The notes under the pieces: generated by a model
What the model was told of the DNA's origin: nothing
What the model saw: only the letters and a program-made list of their open reading frames with translations
Databases searched by the model: none
Translations under genes and position numbers: made by a program
From: Bdellovibrionota bacterium FG-1
GTDB lineage: Bacteria; Bdellovibrionota; UBA1018
DNA length: 64,000 bases
Direction: 5' to 3'
Assembly: GCA_051382295.1 (NCBI GenBank)
Contig: JBBCAW010000008.1
Span: 32,001 to 96,000, forward strand
Shown here: positions 56,393-64,000 of the stretch, in pieces
How the letters are laid out: each line of letters opens with the position of its first letter
Numbering within the stretch: the stretch's first letter is position 1

Positions 56393-58260
56393 GTGACCGA
56401 CTCCTCGAGTGACACGTCAAGCCTCTCCACATAACTCTCGAGATCTTCTTGCAAGCGCTGCTGTTCGTAGAATTGACGATAAAGGCCCCGCCGATCCATT
56501 GACAGCTCAGCATGGGTACCCACTTGCCGAATTTTCCCGTCCGCCAAAACCACAATTCGATCAGCGTCCTTGATGGTCGAAATTCGATGGGCCGCAATGA
56601 TTTCTGTATTCCGCCCGGACCGGGAGCGAAGGCCCTGCAAAATCTGCTCTTCTGTTTGTACGTCCACCGACGAAAGCGCATCATCCATAACCAAAATCGA
56701 AGGATGTTTTGCAATCGCACGCGCAATGGTCAAACGCTGTTTTTGCCCTCCCGACAGATTAACCCCACGTTCTCCCAGACGAGTTTGATAGGATTGCGAA
56801 AGCCCCAAAACTTCGTCATGCACTCCGGCTAGCCTCGCGGCGTCTTCGATCGACCTGGATTGTAAGCCCGGTGATTTCGCCCAGTTCAAAAGTCCAAAGG
56901 CGACATTTTCAGTAACGGTCTCACTAAAGAGAAAGACATCTTGACTCACAAAACCGACCTGCCGGCGTAACTCCTCCAAAGGCCAATCGTTTATATCGAC
57001 TCCATCAATCCATAGCATTCCCCGCTCCACTGGGTACATCCGTGGAAGAAGGGATAAAAGGGCGGACTTCCCCGCCCCGACGGCACCGACAAAGGCGACT
57101 CGTTCCCCCGCCTCGATGGTCAACGAAATCCCGTTTAAAACCGCACGATCAGTCCCGGGAAAACAAAAAACAAGATTTCGAAACTCGAATCTTCCTAGAG
57201 TACGCCCCTCCACCAGCGCCGGCAAAAGGGGCTGCGAAGACTCCGGAACATCGGTATGGATCGCTTGAACTTCTTTCAAACGATTCGAGCTCGAAACCGC
57301 GCGCTGATAATACCCCACGGACATCCCTAAAGCGGCCATCGGCCACACAATCTTTTGGATATAGCGCTGAAAAGCCACAAAAGTGCCTAAAGTAATAACA
57401 GCCCTTGCACCCGGCGTAATCATCCAACGTCCACCCACAAAGAGCAAAAGCACCATGCCAACGCTCATCACAAAATCGAGCGTGGGACCGAACGAAGTTT
57501 GCACCTTCGCCAAACTCAAATTGAGTTTGACAAATTCGTCACCTTTTCTCTTAAAGCGCGCGACCTGCGCTTCTTCACGCGAAAAGCCCTTCAAAACCCG
57601 AACACCGCTTAGACTTTCCTGGGCCATGGCCGAAAGCTCGGCAAAACACTTTTGAACTTTTTCAAACCGAGTATGGACCTCGCGCTCGTTGCGGTACACC
57701 AGCCAAGGTACGAGCGGAAGCGTGACAAAAGTTAAAAGGGTGAGCTGGGGCGAAAGCCAATACATTGCAACGGGTACTGTCAGTAAATAAAACAAAGAAT
57801 CAGCAAAGACGAGGATCCCCGCTCCGAGTTCCATCCTGACGGCTTCGATGTCATTGGTCGCAAGCGACATGAGCTCACCAATGGGTCTGCGATCAAAAAA
57901 ACTGGTTGAAAGCCCAAACAAATGCTCGGTAAAGCTTTGTCTCATGTCCTGACCGGCGAACATGCTGGCGCGAATCAGGTACATGCGCCATCCGTACCGA
58001 CAGACTCCCTGGATCAAAGCCACCGCCAAATAAAGAGCTGCGATCCGACGCAACTCTCCAAAATTTGCCGTTCCCGCAGTACTCAGATCCACTGCCTGCT
58101 TCAGAAATAAAGGGGGCAAGATCTCAAGACCATCGAGAACCACGAGCGTACCCAGCCCCAGGCAGACATAGGTCCGATACTTCCAAAGATAATGTCGAAT
58201 GAGTGAGCTATTCTCGAGAAAACGACCTATGAACGAATTTGGCGAAGATCCCCGACGCAT
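56389..58260 (-). CDS. ABC exporter, TMD-NBD half (MdlA-like)
   Basis: GELMSLATNDI, GAVGAGKS, LSGGQKQR, MDDALSSVD, AHRIS. Confidence 0.93.
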   Translation of the reverse strand: MRRGSSPNSFIGRFLENSSLIRHYLWKYRTYVCLGLGTLVVLDGLEILPPLFLKQAVDLSTAGTANFGELRRIAALYLAVALIQGVCRYGWRMYLIRASMFAGQDMRQSFTEHLFGLSTSFFDRRPIGELMSLATNDIEAVRMELGAGILVFADSLFYLLTVPVAMYWLSPQLTLLTFVTLPLVPWLVYRNEREVHTRFEKVQKCFAELSAMAQESLSGVRVLKGFSREEAQVARFKRKGDEFVKLNLSLAKVQTSFGPTLDFVMSVGMVLLLFVGGRWMITPGARAVITLGTFVAFQRYIQKIVWPMAALGMSVGYYQRAVSSSNRLKEVQAIHTDVPESSQPLLPALVEGRTLGRFEFRNLVFCFPGTDRAVLNGISLTIEAGERVAFVGAVGAGKSALLSLLPRMYPVERGMLWIDGVDINDWPLEELRRQVGFVSQDVFLFSETVTENVAFGLLNWAKSPGLQSRSIEDAARLAGVHDEVLGLSQSYQTRLGERGVNLSGGQKQRLTIARAIAKHPSILVMDDALSSVDVQTEEQILQGLRSRSGRNTEIIAAHRISTIKDADRIVVLADGKIRQVGTHAELSMDRRGLYRQFYEQQRLQEDLESYVERLDVSLEESVT

Positions 58261-59201
58261 TGCAAAAAATCCTCAGGAAGAGGGCAAGATACTGAGACTT
58301 CAGTTTGATGGATGGGATGAGGGAAAGTCAAGCTCACGGCATGCAACATCATCCTGGTTTTTTCTCTTGGCCGACGATGACCATAAAGTGAATCCGCCAC
58401 AATCGGAAGCCCGACCTCTGAAAGATGGACTCGAATTTGATGGGTTCGACCGGTAATCGGTTTAGCCTCCACCCAGAGTGCGCGATTTCCGAGTTTTTCG
58501 ATCACTCTAAAATGGGTCTCGGCGGGGTCTCCGCCGGATCGAACGGCTCCAAACTGAGATTGCTTTCCGGGGGTCGAAAGCCGACCTAAATAGTTTTGCT
58601 CAACCCATTGATCCCGCACCTGAACTCCAGGCTCGATCCACGAAAGCGCCTGGTAAGTCTTACGCGCCAAGTGTTTAGAAAACATCTCGCTCGCCCCAGA
58701 GTTTGCGGCCTTGGACTTGACCAATAAAATCACGCCCGAAGTATCCCGGTCCAATCGATGATGGAGGGCGAGATAGGGATCGACAACGCCACTGCGGGCG
58801 GCCAAAAACTTCTTTACGGAAGAAAACAAATTCACCCGCGCTTCGTCTAGTGTCGGTTGGGTCGGCAAACCGGGCGGCTTATTGACGACAATGATGAACT
58901 CGTCTTCAAAAAGAACATCCGATTGAGTCATTTCAAAAGGACGATCTTGAGCACGTCCGTCATCCTCGAAGAGCTTTTTAAGATCAATCTGAACATCGAT
59001 TTTGGCATTGGGCATGAGCGGCTTCGAAGCGATCCGAACTCGACGCCCATTGAGATAAACCGCGCCCGCCACGATGAGCTTACGGACCTTGCCCTTCGAA
59101 ACGGGTTGCCCCAAGGCCACGGGCAACCACTCGGCCAAGACGTGGTCGAGGCGTTGGTTGCGTTGATCGAGGGTAGTTTTGAGCGTGTATTTTTTGAGCA
59201 A
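58227..59201 (-). CDS. RluA/RluD family pseudouridine synthase with S4 domain
   Basis: RLD S4 start, NKPPG, HRLDRDTSG, TGRTHQIRVH, LHA. Confidence 0.95.
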   Translation of the reverse strand: MLKKYTLKTTLDQRNQRLDHVLAEWLPVALGQPVSKGKVRKLIVAGAVYLNGRRVRIASKPLMPNAKIDVQIDLKKLFEDDGRAQDRPFEMTQSDVLFEDEFIIVVNKPPGLPTQPTLDEARVNLFSSVKKFLAARSGVVDPYLALHHRLDRDTSGVILLVKSKAANSGASEMFSKHLARKTYQALSWIEPGVQVRDQWVEQNYLGRLSTPGKQSQFGAVRSGGDPAETHFRVIEKLGNRALWVEAKPITGRTHQIRVHLSEVGLPIVADSLYGHRRPREKTRMMLHAVSLTFPHPIHQTEVSVSCPLPEDFLQCVGDLRQIRS

Positions 59202-59227
59202 AAGTGGGGTCCCTTTCTAAATGACTA

Positions 59228-61360
59228 TCACCATGTGTGACTGTCCGGAAACCAAGGAGGATCCTTGGAGACGCAGCCCTTGAGATAGGTCATTTGTTTG
59301 TAATTCTGAGGGGGCAGACCAGTGCAAAGCCATATCTCAGTAAAGCCGATATTGACCATTTTTATGGCGATTTCCTCACCCTTCACACCACCCCCCAACA
59401 TACTGTCCACATAGATGGGGGTATTTTTATGGAGTCGTGGGGCAAAAGCAAAAAATTCATCGGGTGCGGTGAAGTGCCGCACATTTTTGCCATCTTTTTT
59501 AGCCGCGTACTTCCAGGTCATATGAACCAATGAATCATCGTCGATCAATACATAATCTGGTCGCTCAAGCGGCTCCGCAAAGGAAATTGGAACAAAGCCA
59601 GCCAACCCTTTGGGGATCAGACGAACTCTCAGCCTTTCACAACTTTGTCTAATATGGGGCTCTTCAAAACGACTGGTCACTAAGATGCTTTGGGGTCCAA
59701 TTTTCAGGCTCTCAATCAAATCAAGACCGGTTTGTTTGTGACCGAGAAGTTCATAATCTGCGAGATAAACAGCTGAACGTGCAGACGGGGACGAGTTCAC
59801 CCACTGGATCAACTCATCGGGCGTCGAAAAGTGAAGTACCTCAATGCCCTTTTCCTGCACTCGGAGCGAATCAAAACGCCCCTGCCAAATTCCATGAATA
59901 CTCGAGTCATCATCCAGCACGACTACTGGAGTGTTCAGCTCCAGCTTGAGTTCGGAAACAAACCATGAAGGAGCCCGGGCCTGAGGAAGCGAAATCAGGA
60001 CGGTGGTGCCCTTTCCAACCTCGGATTCAAGAGTGAGTGTGCCACCCCAGGATTCAACAGACGTTCGCGCATGAAAAAGGCCAAGCCCTGACCCACCTTG
60101 CTTGCCGTGGGTTTCGCCTCGCTGGCCGAGCTTGGCAAGGACCTCTGGTGGAATCCCTTTGCCGTTATCGGTGATTCTAATCTCGACCTGCCCTTCATTG
60201 CCCACGAGCGAGAGGATAACGACTCCTTTGTCGCCGAGGACCTCAACTGCGTTGTTCACAAGATTGGAAAGTGCCCGCTTGAATTCGGTGGGTTGAATCC
60301 TGGCAAAAAGACCGTAGGACGAAGCATCCAATCGCCCGTCGATTTCGACACCTATTTTTGAGCGAAACTGCATCCGTTTTTCGCTGATCAGCGGATCAAT
60401 GAGACTAGAAAGGAGCTGAACAGAAGACGCCTCGTTCGTTACTACCGCGGAGCTTTCAGCATTCGCAGTTACCGAAGTAGCTCGATGCTCCCGATTTTTT
60501 TCGATAAGATTGTTCGCGATGTCCTTAATGCGATTAATCGCCGTCCTCACAAGGATACGGTCGTCTTCAGGAAGGACTTGAAGGCCACCCAAAACGTTGT
60601 CGAGAGCCGCAAGGGGCGAACGGATGTCGTGGGCAACCTGGGCTGCTGTCCTTGCCAAAGCCTCCTGGAGAGTTGCCGCAATTAACTGCGCTTGAAATTC
60701 ATCAATCTTGGATGCCATTACTCCGATACTCGAAAGCAGCATCTGAACCTCTTTTACATCCGATCCTCGAATTTCATTAACTTGACTGGTGATGGTATCT
60801 ATCTTACCGGTGGCCAGCCCCTCAGAAAGCTTCGTAATGGGTCTGGAGATCGATATTCCGATCAGTCGAGCAAGCAAAAATTGAATCAAGGCAAAGAAAA
60901 AAATTGCGGCCACGAGAAGGCCAATTGATTTCGACTTAGTTTCTGAAGAAATTGCTGTAGAATATCGAATAACAACTTGCGCTGCGATATCCTTTTGTTT
61001 TTCGTCAAAAAACAGAGGAGTTTTAATAACAATTCCGTCAATGACTTCAGACCCAAAATCACAAATAGGTTGCCCTTTTGAATCCGTGATCCTCATGGAA
61101 AGAACTGGCTGATTACTAAAAAACGTCTTACATTTTCTGTAAACTTCGGCATTTGCCCCAATCAATATATCTTGCGAAATAGTTTCAGAAAACAGCAGTT
61201 GGGAAGATTTAAGATTATCCTCAAAAGATTTGTTAATCGTCTTAAAAATGACATGGGCAGAAACCAACGAAAATGCAATGAGAACCAACAAGCCAATCAA
61301 AAGGCTACGTAAAAAAATAAGCCGGCCAAGGGACTTTGACTCAATGCCCTTAAATATCAC
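59228..61360 (-). CDS. Hybrid sensor histidine kinase with two C-terminal receiver-like domains
   Basis: Two TM segments, QVAHDIRSPL H-box, NLVNNA, DNGKGI, GSGLGL, two LDDD/IDDD receiver starts. GTG start overlaps the upstream TGA. Confidence 0.9.
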   Translation of the reverse strand: MIFKGIESKSLGRLIFLRSLLIGLLVLIAFSLVSAHVIFKTINKSFEDNLKSSQLLFSETISQDILIGANAEVYRKCKTFFSNQPVLSMRITDSKGQPICDFGSEVIDGIVIKTPLFFDEKQKDIAAQVVIRYSTAISSETKSKSIGLLVAAIFFFALIQFLLARLIGISISRPITKLSEGLATGKIDTITSQVNEIRGSDVKEVQMLLSSIGVMASKIDEFQAQLIAATLQEALARTAAQVAHDIRSPLAALDNVLGGLQVLPEDDRILVRTAINRIKDIANNLIEKNREHRATSVTANAESSAVVTNEASSVQLLSSLIDPLISEKRMQFRSKIGVEIDGRLDASSYGLFARIQPTEFKRALSNLVNNAVEVLGDKGVVILSLVGNEGQVEIRITDNGKGIPPEVLAKLGQRGETHGKQGGSGLGLFHARTSVESWGGTLTLESEVGKGTTVLISLPQARAPSWFVSELKLELNTPVVVLDDDSSIHGIWQGRFDSLRVQEKGIEVLHFSTPDELIQWVNSSPSARSAVYLADYELLGHKQTGLDLIESLKIGPQSILVTSRFEEPHIRQSCERLRVRLIPKGLAGFVPISFAEPLERPDYVLIDDDSLVHMTWKYAAKKDGKNVRHFTAPDEFFAFAPRLHKNTPIYVDSMLGGGVKGEEIAIKMVNIGFTEIWLCTGLPPQNYKQMTYLKGCVSKDPPWFPDSHTW

Positions 61361-62916
61361 TTTCGATCCTCCACCTGCCAAAAGATGTTTTTTAACTCAG
61401 CTTCGTAACGATAACTGGTATCTGGGACGTGAATACCATTAGTAAATAAAATTGGCAGATTAACTTGAAACAACGGAATCACATATTTTAAGCGTTCGAA
61501 CTCCAAAAGTGCGTCTGCATAGGCTTTCAATCGTATTTTAGCTTCTGAAATAAATCGCGCCTTTTCAATTTTTTCAAAAAGCTTCCTACTAGGTTCAAAA
61601 CCCTTCTTGAACCCGATTCCATCATGGAGCAGGTCTAGAAATCCATCCGGATCCGGAAAATTCCCCATATAAGGAATGGACAACAGATCAAAATCAAAAT
61701 GATCTAGGGAGGCTTTCAGGTCAGCCCCAGCTTTTACCTCAATATCAGCATTAATCCCAATCAGAGAAAAAGCCCCCGAAAACGCCTTCAAAAGAGGCCC
61801 ACTGAAATAAGTTTGGGGTAAAACAAACTTGAGGTGAACATTAAGTGCGCGAGCACCCCACTTCCTTTTAAAGGCCTCCACGGGCATCTTATCTAGAGTT
61901 CGCTCATAGTAGTAACTCGGCAATATCCCCTTCGGCATAAAATAGGGTGATACCTTCTGAAAGGGTGAAATAAGCTCTGCCTTTTCAGTGATCGAATAAA
62001 TCACTGAAGCTAGGTCACGGCGAAAATCATCATCCTTCAAAAGCTGATTCCTAGGGTTCAAATAAAGATGACTAAAAGCAAGGCTGTTCGTTCGAAGTAC
62101 GGTCACACTTGACGGAACCTTGGACACATCAAGTTCTCCAAAAGGTACTCCAATTGCGAGATCCAGCGCCCCCGCCGTGAAAGCATTAAGCACTTCGTCG
62201 ATGCCTGCCTTGCGCTGAATACAGAATGCAGCTGTTTTTGGCGGTACCCCTATGTACCCATCAAACCGGTGGAGAAGCCACGTTTTTGAATCGCTTAGAT
62301 ACTCAGCTTTCATGGGACCAGAACCATTTGCTTTTTTATGAATATCAAAGCCTTTTGGAAAAACTGAAAATCCTGGCATCGCCAATACGGATAAAAATGG
62401 CGAATAAGGCTTAACCAAATTAAAAGAGAGAGAATGCTTGCCTATGATCTTCACGCCAGCTGGAATTTCTCCATTCTTTACCCGGTCAGTGCCAACCAAT
62501 ATGCCATTAAGATAACCTTTTACCACGGACTTGGATGAAGGCCAAAAGTGTTTTCCGATACTAAAGGCTACATCATCACTCTCAACGACTTTGCCATTAT
62601 GAAAATGAGCATCTGATCGCAATTCCATCGAATAAACTCGCCCTGTACTATCGACTGACCATTTCTTGGCAAGCGATGCCACGATTTGGCCATTTTCATT
62701 CACTCTCGTTAGAGTGTCAAAAACTGCCTGAATCAAGAGAAATTGCTGATAATTCCATGCCTCGGTTGGATCTAGGTACTCCGGCACATTGACTAAACTA
62801 AGGTTGAGCATTTGCTTAGATCTCCTTGCAACCACAGAGCTACAATTTTCAGAAAAAGCTAAAGATACAGAACAACAATTGATCAAAATAAGTAGACCAT
62901 AAAAATATAACTTCAC
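61357..62916 (-). CDS. Family 5 (OppA/DppA-like) extracytoplasmic peptide-binding protein
   Basis: Signal peptide, LDP, FDTL, LAKKWSV, LRSDAHFHNG..V..DDV.FS, NGSGP, IPLF. GTG start overlaps the upstream TGA. Confidence 0.88.
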   Translation of the reverse strand: MKLYFYGLLILINCCSVSLAFSENCSSVVARRSKQMLNLSLVNVPEYLDPTEAWNYQQFLLIQAVFDTLTRVNENGQIVASLAKKWSVDSTGRVYSMELRSDAHFHNGKVVESDDVAFSIGKHFWPSSKSVVKGYLNGILVGTDRVKNGEIPAGVKIIGKHSLSFNLVKPYSPFLSVLAMPGFSVFPKGFDIHKKANGSGPMKAEYLSDSKTWLLHRFDGYIGVPPKTAAFCIQRKAGIDEVLNAFTAGALDLAIGVPFGELDVSKVPSSVTVLRTNSLAFSHLYLNPRNQLLKDDDFRRDLASVIYSITEKAELISPFQKVSPYFMPKGILPSYYYERTLDKMPVEAFKRKWGARALNVHLKFVLPQTYFSGPLLKAFSGAFSLIGINADIEVKAGADLKASLDHFDFDLLSIPYMGNFPDPDGFLDLLHDGIGFKKGFEPSRKLFEKIEKARFISEAKIRLKAYADALLEFERLKYVIPLFQVNLPILFTNGIHVPDTSYRYEAELKNIFWQVEDRK

Positions 62917-64000
62917 CTTTTGCACAAAAAGGTCCTTTCTTGACCATTTCTCAATTGACAGCAAATCTCTTCAGGCGTGACTGAAATCCTTAGCTCTCCG
63001 ATCGCCTCCGAACCTTGTTTAAGATCAGCCGGCAAAAAACATCGCGCTAGTTGCATTAGACCAGCCTCCCGAAGAGAACGCCGATTTTTCCAACCAAAAT
63101 CGCAACCCAGATTTTCATGTATTCGCATGATTTCCAACCGAGGAAACAAATACGACTCCAACTCTACTTCGGAAGCAGAAGATTCTAAATCAACCAAAGC
63201 AGAAGAAAAGTATCTCAACTTATTCGATCCCATCGTCCTAAAAAAATAAGGAATATCTTGACGATTTAACTGCTGCTGTTCACTCGGAAGCACTGTAGGG
63301 TGCCATTGCTTTTGCTCGCCTAGAAGTGCCAAGCGATAACTACTTGTATCGCGCAATATAACTCGAATTGGCCATTTCCAAATCTCAGAAACGTTAGTAA
63401 TGAATTTCGTGACTGCCTTCTCTTCTTGATTCAACACATCAATTACCTGAAGAAAGCCCACTTTAGATACCCGCAACGGACTTTAAGGGATTTAATGAAT
63501 TATTCAAAAAGGGTAAAAGCGAAGACAGACCACTTTGAACCGTAGCATTATGCTTCGGATGCAGAAGAAAAGTCTGGGACGGAAGCTGGTAGTCATCAAA
63601 AATACACTCAATATCTAGAGGCATGCAAATCGGCCCACCACTTTTGGAAGTGCCAAGTGCCATATTTTGCGCGTGAATATCTCCAATGCCGAACCATGAG
63701 ATCAAAGCGATAACCGAGCCTACCTGCTGACAAACTAGAGATGATAGTTCAAATCGCCCCGGGTCCCAATGAATTCGTTCCACTCTGCCTTGGGCCAATC
63801 CCGGATCGGATGAAAAAAACTCCACATCCTCAAACAAATCAAACGGACATCCCGTGGAGTTCCGCGAAAAAACATCAGATAGAAAAATACGTAAAGGACT
63901 TTCCTTAGATAAAAACAGCCACTCCCAACCAATCGTTCTCGGCTTTTCGAGAGTTCCATCGTCCAATTCGCGTACACGACGACCAAAATTATGAGGATCG
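62913..64000 (-). pseudogene. LanM-type dehydratase/kinase domain (DUF4135) without LanC cyclase; frameshifted at about 63465; 5' end beyond window
   Basis: The frame from the window edge reads DPHNFGRRV...EKPR...GDIHAQN...LDIECIF. The second ORF has GF, RVILRDTSSY and E..QL..QDIPYFF. Confidence 0.8.

Noticed and set aside
54521..58260. Non-canonical ABC motifs (MDD Walker B, LSMGE signature) as novelty, or a link to the RiPP-like operon
   Set aside because: Asymmetric degenerate sites are normal for heterodimeric MdlAB-type exporters. There is no C39 peptidase domain and GC matches the backbone.

Overview
A gene-dense bacterial chromosome segment of roughly 50% GC. It is most consistent with a Bdellovibrionota/Oligoflexia-type deltaproteobacterium; this is inferred from the TIGR02147/DUF4423 protein, DUF507, the system II cytochrome c biogenesis genes and the HDIRSP-type kinase. 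The backbone is housekeeping: nadD-rsfS-rlmH, gpmI-pfkA-comF, lysC, mltD, murJ, UvrD/Rep, ccsA/resB, acyl-CoA dehydrogenase plus carboxyltransferase, rlmL, rlmI, NFACT, cca, ftsK, a sigma54 two-component system, epmA, an MdlAB-like ABC exporter and RluA. Two small accessory patches (about 21.7-24.6 kb and 31.4-37.3 kb) carry toxin-antitoxin pairs, AAA_14-DUF4143 ATPases and secreted proteins. A lower-GC operon lies at the right edge. Most notable observations: (1) a translationally coupled operon of a cyclase-less LanM-type dehydratase (DUF4135, frameshifted as given), an orphan peptide-binding protein and a hybrid histidine kinase, a candidate modified-peptide signalling system; (2) an unannotated, highly structured ~175-210 nt RNA-like element antisense between rsfS and rlmH; (3) an intact biotin-carboxylase/BCCP fusion that has lost its catalytic residues and biotinyl lysine; (4) six sigma54 promoters ahead of secreted or surface orphan genes, one with an adjacent G10 tract; (5) an HPt-like protein lacking its His, coupled to a CheY. 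No tRNA, rRNA, CRISPR array, integrase or transposase was recognised. All calls are by-eye motif recognition; no searches were run.
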